Origin: Octopus vulgaris
Taxonomy: Eukaryota
Length of the DNA stretch: 64,000 nucleotides
Assembly: GCA_951406725.2 (NCBI GenBank)
Contig: OX597814.1
Location: forward strand, 27,528,001 to 27,592,000
Direction of reading: 5' to 3'
Part shown: one piece after another, positions 1-15,117 of the stretch
Numbering within the stretch: the first letter of the stretch is position 1
How the letters are laid out: each line of letters starts with the position of its first letter
Notes under the pieces: model-generated
Told to the model about the DNA's origin: nothing
What the model saw: the letters and a program-made list of their open reading frames with translations, nothing else
The model's database searches: none
Translations under genes and position numbers: made by a program

Positions 1-1097
1 CAGGTATTTTTTAAACATTATCACTTTCAGTTTAACAAAGATGAACTTGGGTGAGGATGCGAAAGAAGCAGGTGTATGATGTGAGAAATGAAGTGTTTTA
101 CATAACATGATAGTGGAGGAGGATCTAATGAAAGAAAGATAGTAATGGCAAAGAGTAATATGAGAGAAGAAGGGATGATAATTATATGCTTGTAGCTAAG
201 AGGGCAAATAGAGATGGTCACAAGTAAAAAAGAGTCAATGCATTGTAATTTGAAAGAGAAAGAGAGATGGGCTGTTATCAACAGCTTTCAGGACTGAAAA
301 GCATAAGAAGACAAATGTACTACAGACACATTGTTTTAGCTTTTAGTTGAGAGGAATGGGTCATGGCACCCATGACCCATTGGAAAGCCTCCAAGACTGG
401 TGGTGGGGAAGGAGGAAGGTATCTTCAAATTGGAAACCTAGCCTGGATTGCAATAGAATGGACTTTGCTGAATGCAACTGAGGTGCCAAGTGCTGGTGTA
501 GAACTAAGCAACAAGTTAAGTCTATCACCCAGAATGTAAACAGCTGAAACAAATATTGTGAGGCATCTGGTCCACTGTCCTTGCAGTTTCCCTAATCCAT
601 AAAGGCAAAGTTAAACTTGGTGGGATTTGAACTTAAAGTAGAGAGGGAATAAACGCTGTTAAGCATTCTGTCCAATGCTCTAATGACTCTTCCAATTCGC
701 CAACATAGAGAGAGAAAAATGGACATAAAACTGATAATCATAATACTTAAAAACTTGAAACAAATTAGAGCATGGAAGGCACAAGTTAACCATTCAGAAA
801 CATGTAAAGGACTCTTAGCCTCACTTAAATATCTATTATTTGTAATATGGTGTTGAAAATTTTTGTCATTTGAAACTGAGACCTGGTCACTGACGAACAG
901 GTCAACATCAGGTCACAGTTTCAAGCAACAAAAGTTTCCAAACCATATTACAAACAGTAAATGTTTGAGTGAAGTTAAGAGTCTTTTACATGTTTCTGAA
1001 TGGCTAACTTGTGCCTTCCATGCTGTAATTTGTTTTCCATGCTGCAATCGCTTTTGTTTCAGCACATGATCTCAGATCAAAACGCTTACCATGTGGG

Positions 1098-1428
1098 TAA
1101 AGGGTAAATGGGTAAAGACCCCACTTCAGTCATGAATGACCATAGGATTGCATCTAGAAAGTTCCCCTCCAAGGTTGTTTATGGAAGACCAGCAGTTGCC
1201 CATGCATACCAGCCTCCCCTCTCCACACCACTGATGTTATCCAAGGGAAAGGCCAAGGCTGATACAGCTTGGCACCAGTGATGTCGCAACTCACTTCTTC
1301 AGATGAGTGAACTGGAGCAACTTGAAATGAAAGTGTTTTGCTCAGGAACACAACACACAGCCTGGTCTTGGAATCAAACTCATTACTTCATGATTGTAAG
1401 GCTGATGCTCTAACCACTAAGCCATGCA
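1098..1428 (-). mobile_element. tRNA-derived SINE, family C
   Basis: The minus strand begins with a tRNA-like head carrying A/B-box-like motifs. Closely related copies lie at 56070-56414 and 59654-60027, and a partial head at ~38520-38610. Confidence 0.8.
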
Positions 1429-1431
1429 GAT

Positions 1432-1835
1432 ACATCATCATCATCGTTTAACATCTGTTTTCCATGCTAGCACGGGTTGGATGGTTCAACCGGGGTCTGG
1501 GAAGCCAGGAGGCTGCACCAGGCTCCAGTCTGATCTGGCAGTGTTTCTACAACTGGATGCACTTCCTAACGCCAACCACTCCGTGAGTGTAGTGGGTGCT
1601 TTTTATGTGCCACCAGCATGGGTGCCAGGGGAGGCTGGCAGCGGCTACAATTGGTTGGTGCTTTTTTACGTGCCACCAGCACAGAAGCCAGTCGAGGCGG
1701 CGCTGGCATTGGCCACGTTCAGATGGTACATTTTATGTGCCGCCAGCACAGGTATCACAACTACAATTTCCATTTGATATTTATTTTGATGTTGATGTAC
1801 TTGACTCAATAGGTCTCCTCAAGCACAGCAGGTCA
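1432..1835 (-). mobile_element. SINE or RTE-type 3' end with (CAT)n tail, family E
   Basis: (CAT)n tail followed by tttaacatctgttttccatgctagcacgggttgg...ggatgcacttcctaacgccaaccac. Related copies at ~2570-2800 (opposite strand) and ~6340-6680. Confidence 0.6.
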
Positions 1836-2322
1836 CCCAATCTTTGTAAAATAATAAAAAAAAAAACCCTGTTAATTGTGGAAGGACTTTTAGTCAAATG
1901 AATTTGAACTAAGAACTTTGACATTCATAAATTGGAAATCATGAGATTGAGTTTATTCCCAACACATAAAATTTACATATTAATAATTTACATAAGCAAC
2001 ACACATATATATGCATGATGGTAAACAGATGTTAAACAATGATGGTAGCAATGAACAAGTACTTAATTATTGGTTTACCACCAAAAGTCAATCACCTACT
2101 TAGGTTAATTAATAACTATAATAATTTCAATTTCCTTTAATGTTACTCAAATCAGTGTACTCATAACCTTTCAAAAACCATAAATTTCAAGTAATTTTTT
2201 AATACTGTAGACCCATACTATCTGATTTACTACGACTTTAAGTAATTAGAATTTAATCTTGAGGCTCTAATATATTTGGATGGTAGCAAAACAGGCTTAA
2301 ATTTAGGTAAATCTTGATTTAA

Positions 2323-2541
2323 CCCTTTAGTATTTAAACCGGCCATATCCAGCCAAAATAGTTAATCTGTTTTCTGTTCAAACTGACCAGATCCAGGCTC
2401 TCACACCTACCCTACAATGTTATTCTACATCAAGTAATTACACCATCAAGATCTTGAAGATATGAGATAATGCATGATTAATTCAAATCAATGGGAATCA
2501 ATAAGCATTATGTTTGATAGAATAATCTGAACACTAAAGGG
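2323..2541. mobile_element. piggyBac-like MITE
   Basis: TIRs CCCTTTAG...CTAAAGGG flanked by TTAA at 2319-2322 and 2542-2545. A second copy lies in inverted orientation at 7189-7404. Confidence 0.85.
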
Positions 2542-2881
2542 TTAAAAATATATCAATATCAATAAAAGCTCTGGTGCTGGTTCTATGTAAAACCACTGGT
2601 GATAGTATCATGTAAAAAGCTCTGGTGCTGGTGCTGCATAAAAAGCACCCATTCTATGCAGTAAAGTGGTTGGTATTAGAAAGGGCATCCAGCTGTAGAA
2701 ATCAGGCCAAAACAGACAACTGGAACCTGATGCAACCTTTGTCAAGCTGCCCAACCCATGCTAGCTTGGAAAATGGATTAAATGACAATAAAGAAGATGA
2801 ATAAATGAAATGATTTATTTTAAACAGCAATCAGTGTAATGTAAGTGTTGTGTACCTCACTTCTTTCCCTCTTATTAGGTA

Positions 2882-3277
2882 CTAGCAGTATCACCCGGCG
2901 TTGCTCGGGTTTGTAAGGGAAATAACTATATAAGCATTTTTAGAGATGTAAAGTATAATAGCCATCTCAATATGGCTAACCACAAAAGTGGGGTGTGTTA
3001 CTGTAGCTTTCTACGTTCTGAGATTTAATAATAAATTTTTAGAGTTACTTCCCTTATATATGCCAAAAATGCATTAAAAATGGAAAAAATTGATGGTAAA
3101 TATTTAAAAAAATCGTAGACTCATCGTAGACGCACGCTAATACTCAGAAGGGCTCAATATGAATCACGACTATAAGATACCCGGTTTTGGTTAAACTGCA
3201 CCGCAAAATGTGGGAGTAGTTAGGAATCTAAATCGTAGGAGACAGACAGCACACAACCTCTCTTTTATATATAAAGA
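2882..3277 (-). mobile_element. non-autonomous Helitron
   Basis: The minus strand starts TC(TTTATATATAAAAG) at 3277 and ends CTAG at 2882. There is a subterminal GC-rich hairpin ACCCG...CGGGT (2893-2910). Inserted between A and T with no TSD. Confidence 0.85.
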
Positions 3278-3729
3278 TTTCTTTCAACCAACCCTAGTTT
3301 TCTTATTTAATTTACATGGTTCATCATCTACAACTGCTTGAAGTACTAGCAAAATCTCCCTCAAAATTACAGCCTACTATCATAAAAGGAACTCGTTGGC
3401 TGAAATCGTATACACAATGTCTTAATAAAAGACGTGATGGTCACGACTGAAACATCTTTGATCACAGGTCTTGGGTTAGGTTGACCTGAGTCTATTTAAC
3501 AACAAAAATAATAAATGGAAGGATGCATGTTGCAGAACGGATTAGATTTAGATAGGAGAAAAAAATAAAGTGGAAGGGAGATAACACATACATATGTAAG
3601 GGGGATAATTTCATTGTAAAAAGAGTGATTGGACTTTCCAGATTAAAAAAAAAATTAATAAAGTCGTTAGTCACTGATGATGGAAACAATATGCGAGTCA
3701 ATTGCGCGAGTGCGTGTAATAATGCTTAC

Positions 3730-3816
3730 ATTGCATGGATTTGCATAAAAGTACTGAGCTAACAATAATAATGTTTGCTGACATCTCCTGACTACAAACC
3801 ATCTTCTGTTTCTGCA
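3730..3816 (-). CDS. candidate exon of the TIN2-like gene (CRNRRWFVVRRCQQTLLLLAQYFYANPCN)
   Basis: Pyrimidine tract plus AG acceptor, GTAAGC donor, 87 nt, open in phase 0-0 and so compatible with the upstream exon. QTLLLLAQYF aligns without gaps to human TIN2 [10 protein letters not shown], but the first residues match poorly. Confidence 0.5.
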
Positions 3817-3865
3817 CTTTTGAAAGTGAAATAAAAGAAAAATCCCTTATTTGGAAAACAAAATA

Positions 3866-5165
3866 AGGAATTGTGAAAGGAAAGAATCAAGAAGTAAAAC
3901 AATCTCACTGGTACATACGTATTCATCTAACCCATGTTGGCATGGAAATATGGATGTAAAATTAATGATTGAATCAATGCAACTTGAAAACTGGGGCTTA
4001 GTTTATCTTGAAATGGCCAATTCAACCTAGATGGAACTTTAAAAAACTTAGAGCATAATAAAAGAATAAATACCACAAAGTATTTTGTTTGATATTCTAC
4101 AAATTCCATGAAAACTGTCAAGTTTCATTTACACATTTTTATTCTATAGTCCAGTCATTAGGTAACAGCTCCTGGTTAAATAAAGAAAGCTTGTATCTTT
4201 ATGAATTGTCTCACAACTCATCATAAATTTACCCTGTTTCTTACCATAGTAGGGGACATAGTCCACATTTCACTTCAAATAGGACAGAATAAGCCAAGCC
4301 AATAGTCAGGAAAAGTTTCTCTATGGTGTATTATGGCTAGTTGCTTTTAATCAAAGGTATCCTAGCTATGACCATGCCATTTATTACAGTGAAACAGCAC
4401 AATGCAAGGACATTGGTGGTGGAATATGTGGACAAATATTAAGTGGAATAAATTTTCTCCTGAGAAAGAGAGGTTGATTACTTTGAACAAAGAGAGAGAG
4501 AGAGAGAAGGAGAAAAGGAATTGTGAAAGGAAAGAATCAAGAAGTAAAACAATCTCACTGGTACATACGTATTCATCTAACCCATGTTGGCATGGAAATA
4601 TGGATGTAAAATTAATGATTGAATCAATGCAACTTGAAAACTGGGGCTTAGTTTATCTTGAAATGGCCAATTCAACCTAGATGGAACTTTAAAAAACTTA
4701 GAGCATAATAAAAGAATAAATACCACAAAGTATTTTGTTTGATATTCTACAAATTCCATGAAAACTGTCAAGTTTCATTTACACATTTTTATTCTATAGT
4801 CCAGTCATTAGGTAACAGCTCCTGGTTAAATAAAGAAAGCTTGTATCTTTATGAATTGTCTCACAACTCATCATAAATTTACCCTGTTTCTTACCATAGT
4901 AGGGGACATAGTCCACATTTCACTTCAAATAGGACAGAATAAGCCAAGCCAATAGTCAGGAAAAGTTTCTCTATGGTGTATTATGGCTAGTTGCTTTTAA
5001 TCAAAGGTATCCTAGCTATGACCATGCCATTTATTACAGTGAAACAGCACAATGCAAGGACATTGGTGGTGGAATATGTGGACAAATATTAAGTGGAATA
5101 AATTTTCTCCTGAGAAAGAGAGGTTGATTACTTTGAACAAAGAGAGAGAGAGAGAGAAGGAGAAA
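3866..5165. repeat. 650-bp direct tandem duplication, two apparently identical copies
   Basis: 3866-4515 repeats at 4516-5165. Identical ORF translations at 3927-4121 and 4577-4771 confirm the 650-bp offset. Confidence 0.95.
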
Positions 5166-5384
5166 GAGATGTTTATCTGAAACTGTATTATCCAATATCT
5201 CATTTAATTTATTTAAAAGCCCACAAAGGGATGACCTGAGTGAGATTTAGCAGCTATTTCTTCCATGCTGAGTGTCTCTCATTGGCTTGTTTAGTCATAA
5301 AGTAGTCTGATCAATAGGAGAGGCAGAGTTTACCTGCTCTTAAAGGTTATTTCAGTTACATCTTTTGAATTGTAATCCTGTAAT

Positions 5385-5733
5385 TCTTTTACCTGTTTCA
5401 GTCATTTGACTGCAACCATGCTGGAGCACCGCCTTTAATCAAGCAAATCGACCCCAGGACTTATTCTTTGTAAGCCTAGTACTTATTCTATTGGTCTCTT
5501 TTGTTACAAGGATGTAAACACGCCAGCATTGGTTGTCAAGTGATGGTTGGGGGACAAACACAGACACACAAAACAGGCTTCTTTCAGTTTCCCTCTACCA
5601 AATCCACTTACAAGGCTTTGGTTGGCCCAAGGCTATAGTAGAAGACACTTGCCCAAGGTGCCACACAGTGGGACTGAACCTGGAACTACGTGGTTGGGAA
5701 GCAAGCTACTTACCACACAACCACTCCTGCATC
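5385..5733 (-). mobile_element. tRNA-derived SINE, family B
   Basis: Reverse complement of the family consensus ggcgcaggagtggctgtgtggtaag...gactgaaacaagtaaaaga seen many times in the window. Confidence 0.85.
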
Positions 5734-6839
5734 TAGTAATATGTATTAATTTATATTTAGAATAACCTGAATAAATGATTGGTATTTACTTTATGGACTG
5801 AGGAGAAATGAAAGCTTGTTGTACATCAACTTTTGCAGAATTTAGATGGGCATAAATAGGTGATCTCTCAGTAGGCTGTGCAATATCTTATTAACTTGAT
5901 CATCCATATTTGCATATGCTTTGTAATGTTGGTACTTCAATGAAAGAGCCTCTACATAATTGCTCCATGTACTAATCTCCCTCATATCACATCCTACTTC
6001 TTAAAAAACACAAAATAGCACAGTGAATAATGCAGTCCTGGATACAAAATGTCTGAATAAAAGATGAGAAGGAGGTCAGAGCTAGAACACTCTTGATTAT
6101 GGATCTGTCTGCTGGATCGGATCAGAGACGATCTAGAATAAACCAATAATACCAGCAGCTAGTACTTAATTTTATCAGCTGCACATGAATGAACAGTCAA
6201 ATCTGACTTGACTACAATTTGAAAGCAGAAAAGAGAACAAAAAGAAAACAGGAATTTCAATGAGGTGTACAACTAACTCTGTCAATACAATAACACTTTT
6301 GAATATTTGAAAAATCATTTTTTTAAAGTCATCAACACCATTATCATATTAACATCCAGTATTCCATGCTTGCATATCATCATCATTTAACACCTGTTTT
6401 CCATGTTGACATGGGTTCATAGGAGCTGACAAGCTGGAGGGCTGCACCAAGCGCCAGTCATCTGTCTTTGTATGGCTGGATGTCCTTCCTAACACCAACT
6501 ATTTTACAGTGTATTGGGTGCCTCGTATATGGCACTGCTACAGGAGCTTTTTACGTGGCACCAGTATGGGTGCCTTTTACGTAGAACTGGCATGGGCGCT
6601 CTCTATGTAGTGCAAAAATTCAATGTAGCTTATTTTTCATGGCCAGATGCCTTTCCTGTAGCCAAACCTTACTCATTTTCAAGCAAAGAGAAAAAAACTA
6701 GTCCAAAGTGCCAAGCAAAGGGATTGAACACGAAAGTAAATGTGAGAAGTGAACCCCTTAACTGCACAGCCATGCTTGCAGCTATTAAGGAAGTGTAAAA
6801 AAAAGAAAAAGGAAAACAAACAAAAAAACATCAACTTAC

Positions 6840-7051
6840 TTTTATTTTCAAACCAATAATTAGGCGATTGTATATATTGTTATTGATCATGTGGGATGGA
6901 AAGTCTTTGTGTAACTGTTCGATAATCTTAACGACTGTGTCAAAATATGAGAACTGTTCTTTATGAACGATGAAGTAAATGGTGGAACAGGCAAGTCGTG
7001 AATGGCACACAGCCAATGACTCCAGGTGACCATCGTTTCGGCTGCTAATAT
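6840..7051 (-). CDS. TINF2: internal exon encoding a TIN2 (TINF2_N)-like helical domain
   Basis: Long T-rich tract plus AG acceptor at 7053-7052, GTAAGT donor at 6839, 212 nt, phase 1-0, open frame. RLACSTIYFIVHKEQFSYFDTVVKIIEQLHKDFP..YNRLIIGLKIK aligns with one gap to human TIN2 [45 protein letters not shown]. The exon is well supported; the gene name is tentative. Confidence 0.7.
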
Positions 7052-7188
7052 CTTTGGAATAGACAAAAAACAAAACAAAACAAAACCAGTGTTATTAAAC
7101 ATGTAGTAATGCAAGTTGAAAAATCTTCTATTCAGTGTTGTTGCTTAGCCTAGATCTCTAATCAAAGGAATTCTTGCCACTTATTTAA

Positions 7189-7404
7189 CCCTTTAGCGTT
7201 CAGATTATTCTATCAAACATAATGCTTATTGATTCACATTGATTTGAATTAATCATGTATTATCTATCTTCAAGATCTTGATGGTGTAATTACCTAATGT
7301 AGAATAACATTGTAGGGTAGGTGTGAGAGCCTGGATCTGGTCAGTTTGAACATAAAACAGATTAACTATTTTGGCCGGATATGGCCGGTTTAAATACTAA
7401 AGGG
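7189..7404. mobile_element. piggyBac-like MITE, inverted copy of 2323-2541
   Basis: TTAA-CCCTTTAG...CTAAAGGG-TTAA; the body is the reverse complement of 2323-2541. Confidence 0.85.
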
Positions 7405-8107
7405 TTAAGAGTACATTATCTAATGTGTACTTTGCTTTTTTAAGACAGTAAGGTGCAGTTTTAGTGAGATCTTGCAGCTATTTATAGCAAGCCAAACAAC
7501 AGTTTAGTAGCTTCTTTGGAGTCTAACGTATCTTAGGTGTATTCCAGTAGGTGTTACTGTCAAAAAGTATAGGAAGGAAGAATATAGAAGCATGCGTGAC
7601 TAAGAACTTGACACGAACAGTATAGACAATTAGAAAACTATGTCTATGACTGACTGAAGAAGTCTAGTAAGATTGGAACATGTTTGGCATTGCTTCCCAT
7701 ACTTGCTAAAATCATTAGCCACTGAAGCTAATGTTACATTTACACCTCTGCATTAAATATTTTTAATTAGATGTGTGATACTCATTGCATTAAACATGTT
7801 AACACTATTATAAATACTGTTTTTCATATGAATGGCATCTCTGAGTAATTAACCTCAGTGATTTATTTTTTTTAAATGTGCTAATTTTAAATGCTTACTC
7901 ATGTAAAATATTGTACACCTATGTTTTTTCATGATATCCTCATCACGATTTCAGCATGTATGGTGATGCCTATACTTAAGAAGACCGAAACATAGAATTG
8001 TCTGCTGTACATTTTAAAATGATTGGTGTATTATTAGTCATTACTCTATATTTTCTTTTCCTCAAGTATTTATAATTAGATTTTTGTTTTCATGCTTGTT
8101 ATATTAA

Positions 8108-8309
8108 CCCTTTTGTTACCAACCTGGCTGAGTCCAAATATCTTGTTTTCATAACTTTTGAATTAAAATCTTCCACCAAACCTGTGTCACAATTTATGTT
8201 CCTAACACTAGCTGAATGATAACTAAGCAATTTTACTAAATTCTTTGTTATATTTAAAGTAATTGAAAGAAACACAGAGTATCTCAAAATAAATAAAGTA
8301 ACGAAAGGG
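8108..8309. mobile_element. piggyBac-like MITE, second family
   Basis: TIRs CCCTTTTGTTAC / GTAACGAAAGGG (one mismatch) flanked by TTAA at 8104-8107 and 8310-8313. A decayed relative lies at ~8395-8620. Confidence 0.8.
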
Positions 8310-8869
8310 TTAAATATGTTAGCATTAAGTATCTATTTCAAACATTGCAGTAATAAATAGACTCATGATAGCGCTATGATGCACATGCCATGGCTTAACT
8401 CTTTTGTTGCTATATTTCTTGAAATACACTGCCTTTGTTTCAGTTAGCTTTGAAAATAATACAGAATTTAATAAAATAAAATTATTATAATTAAGCCGAA
8501 GTGTGGAACAAAAATTAATATGAAATTTTGATGGCAGGTTTTAATTTGGGTCACTTTAAAAAGGGATGTTTGTATCACAGAATCAGGGTTTTCTCAGGCA
8601 GGTTGGCATCAAAAGATGTAAAGGTTTTAACAGTGCAAGTGGCATGAAGTAAGTTTACATTCAATAGCTGGTTGTCGTTATCTCTGCAGATTCTACCATT
8701 TTCAATGTATAGAGATATATATATATATATCAGGTAAAAATATATGAAAGTTTCATAAACATAATAGATTTGTAAATGTGATTTTTTTAAAAGTCTTATT
8801 TTGAAAGATCTGTGTTATTAATTTTAATAAGACTTAAAAAGCATAAGAAATGTTTTTCAGGAAACTCAC

Positions 8870-8948
8870 TTTGTATGATGGATTCAAAACGGTGACAGCA
8901 TGCATAATCTAAGATCCAACTCTGCAGAAGTGTAGAAGCTTCACTCAT
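8870..8948 (-). CDS. probable first coding part of the TIN2-like gene (MSEASTLLQSWILDYACCHRFESIIQ), within exon 8870-8998
   Basis: TGCAG acceptor ending at 8999 and GTGAGT donor at 8869. The 129-nt exon is open in the frame that splices in phase 1 to exon 6840-7051. In-frame ATG at 8948; the true start could lie further upstream. Confidence 0.65.
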
Positions 8949-9119
8949 AATTTCCAGACATACAGTCCTGGTTAATGATGTCCTGTCATTACTATTTGCT
9001 GCAATAATTAATTACAGAAAAAATTGTAATAATAATAATAACAAACATGCATAGAAATTGAATACAATAAAAGCAAGTATTTCAAGAAATATGTTTTTCT
9101 TGTAGCTAAATTCTGAAAT

Positions 9120-9322
9120 AATGGTTTCAAATTTTGGCACAAAGCCAGCAATTATGGGGGAAGGTGTAAAACAATTACATCGACTACCAGTGCTCAATTG
9201 GTACTTATTTTATCGACCCCGAAAGGATGAAAGGCGAAGTCGACCCTGGCGGAATTTGAACTCAGAACATTAAGACGAATTTCTTAATGTTCTACCAAGC
9301 ATTTCTACCAGCTCGCCACCTT
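9120..9322 (-). mobile_element. SINE family D (Nin/Deu-like central domain)
   Basis: Contains the reverse complement of gtcgact..gcctttcatcctttcggggtcgataaaataagtacc, which recurs throughout the window. Confidence 0.75.
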
Positions 9323-9352
9323 GCTAAATTTTGAAATATTTGCGAGAACTGT

Positions 9353-9496
9353 ACTATATTTGATGGCTAAAAGATGCACCCTAATTTTTCGCAGTACATA
9401 TTCATGGAAAAGAGCCTTATATAAGGCCTGGGGGTGATTTTTTTGAGATGTTTTTAGGAAATAAAAAGTGCATCGTATATCCCATTACATACGGTG
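9353..9496. mobile_element. degenerate pogo/Tc2-type MITE
   Basis: Imperfect ~28-bp terminal inverted repeats, tactatatttgatggctaaaagatgcac and gtgcatcgtatatcccattacatacggt. Confidence 0.35.
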
Positions 9497-9994
9497 GTTT
9501 GTTTGATATAGGACTAAGAAATGTTTCATGGTTTTATCACATTTTAGCAATCAGATTGTTTGTAATTTAAAATCTTTATATAATAATAAACAATAAGTTT
9601 ACCCTTTAGAAATGTACGCTAATATTATATTAGATTTTCAAATATGAAGCTCTAAGAACAAATTGAAACGTATTTTATAGTCGAAAGTTTGAATAAAATG
9701 TAAAATATACAATTCTGCTGCATTTGAACTAATCACCAGGATACAATGAAAACTTAATACATAAACATACAATTTAAATGAAATACGTTTCCTGTTAAAC
9801 AATGTAAATTGTTAAACACTGTTTGTGTTTGTTACTATGAACATTCAGAGCAAATGTCATATTTTCCATTGCAGCCACCATATAAATAGATGCAGATATC
9901 TACTGAAATGGAATAAACGTTTGATGTAAATGTCTGTGAAGGAAAACTATCTATTATATAAAAAGATAGTGTAATATAAGATACATAAACAAAC

Positions 9995-10105
9995 CTTTGG
10001 TTCAGCGAAATCCGATTAACACTATTTCGCGCGTTAGAGGAAACCGTTTGAGTTACTTCCCTTGTGGTCGGCCCAACACCTCTTCATCGCTTCTCTTCCG
10101 GTAGT
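9995..10105 (-). promoter_or_regulatory. putative promoter and non-coding first exon of the TIN2-like gene
   Basis: Locally CpG-rich unique sequence with an ETS-like CCGGAAG on the minus strand (~10095-10101) and a GAGTTACTTCCCTT motif. An AAG|GTTTGT donor at 9994 and a TTTCAG acceptor at 9903 would define a 92-nt intron. Confidence 0.35.
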
Positions 10106-10119
10106 TTCTCTTTCAAAAT

Positions 10120-10200
<81 letters not shown>

Positions 10201-10294
10201 TAGGTACATATATATATATATATATTAATAGTAATGGTAAGACAACAAAAGAATGAAAGAAACCTCGATATTATGTAAATAGAGGAATTTATCT

Positions 10295-13347
<3,053 letters not shown>

Positions 13348-14741
13348 ATGTAATATAATTTTTTCTGAAACTTCAGATTTTTCAATATGCTAGAGAACTG
13401 GTTTTAAATTGATATTTATCAAATTAATATTCAAATTTTTCACCCTTGTTATTTTAAGTTATATATATGGAAAAAATCATTGGCTTAAGTTAGAGGAACA
13501 AGAACAGCATACAGAAATCTGGCCTGAATTTTGAAACAGAAAGGACTCATCTGAAGATATCTAATATCGGATAAGAATTTAACACCGGGCGACGTATTAA
13601 GACAACAACCCAATAGTGTAACCTAAATAGGAGTATGTATGTATGTATGTCGTGTACGTTGTACAGGTTAAATACTCAGAGCTGCTATACCCATGAATTA
13701 TCCGCATTTCGTTTTTCTACAAACCTTCACGAGTTATGTGGCATAGATTAAAATATATATAGTAAAAAAAAAAGATGCAGCCAATACACCTAGTAAAGTT
13801 GTTGACGTTAAGAAGAGCATCCAGCCGTACCTATCATGCCTAAGCAGACACAGGAGCTCAACTAAGTCTTCTGGTTCATTGAATCTTATTAAAATCACCT
13901 AACCCATGCTAGAGTACGTACGCCACCCTGTGAAATCTAGTATCCCTGCCGTAAGGCTTTACTCCCACACACGCCAGCTTAATTTAATTCGTCCTTAGTC
14001 GAAAGACACCTGTTGTTATGTCCTGTTATTTATATTTGTGTAACTTTATCCGTTTTTTCCGTCCTTGTTTTCGTATACTTTCGCTGCTTTCTTCCAAGGA
14101 ATCTAATGCTCTTAGCTTATTTTTCCTTGGGGCTGGCCAGATTGGAGCAATCTCGAGTATAACCAGCCGAAATTGCAAAGATAATCTGGAACTCGACTGA
14201 GGAAAGAAAACTCCGAATGACCTGTCCTTGTTTTCTTTGTATCGTCTGTCTGGATGTTACGCGTTCTTGTCCCATTTTGTATATTTTTATATACATATAT
14301 AGCGGTGTACGTACACTTTGGTCTCTCTCTCTCTCTCTCTCTCTCTCTCGCCCTTTCTATATATATATATTCACAGTATGCCAAGCGTCCACATAGATTC
14401 TTTGCTGCTGATTTTATATGACAATATTAAACTGATATTATTTTAGAAGTATTGGACAGTCAGTCTCATATATTTACTCTGTGTTTCTCCCTTACTTCAT
14501 CACACACACTCAGTCTCCCCCTCTCTCTCTATATATTATTTTATTCTTTTATTTGTTTCAGTCATTTGGTTGTGGCCATGCTGGAGCACCGCCTTTAGTC
14601 AAACAAATCGATTCCAGGACTTATTCTTTGTAAGCCTAGTACTTATTCTATCCATCTCTTTTGTCGAACTGCTAATTTACGGGCACGTAAAATCGGTTGT
14701 CAAGCGATGGTGGAAGGACAAACACAGACACACAAACATAT

Positions 14742-14827
<86 letters not shown>

Positions 14828-14830
<3 letters not shown>

Positions 14831-15061
14831 ATCCAAACAAGAAAACACAAAAAAAACACAACAACGCGAGGACGTGGAACAAATATAGTATTATTGGACG
14901 CTCAGGAAAGAAGGGAAGAAGGAGGGTTCAACGTTTCGAGCGGAGCTCTTCGTCGGAAACATAGGAGAAGGAAAGATCCCGAGAAGGGAAGACAGAGGAA
15001 AAAAATCGCCAACGGTACACACGAGGTAACATTTATATATATATATATACATATATATATC

Positions 15062-15117
<56 letters not shown>

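Noticed and set aside
3927-4771. Duplicated 64-aa ORFs as a gene pair
   Set aside because: A by-product of the 650-bp duplication, with no splice support or recognisable homology.
9771-9902. Upstream coding exon MVAAMENMTFALNVH for the TIN2-like gene
   Set aside because: It joins in frame only through a weak GTAACA donor. With the stronger GTATGT donor at 9770 every ATG meets a stop, so it is more likely 5' UTR with uORFs. Unresolved without RNA data.
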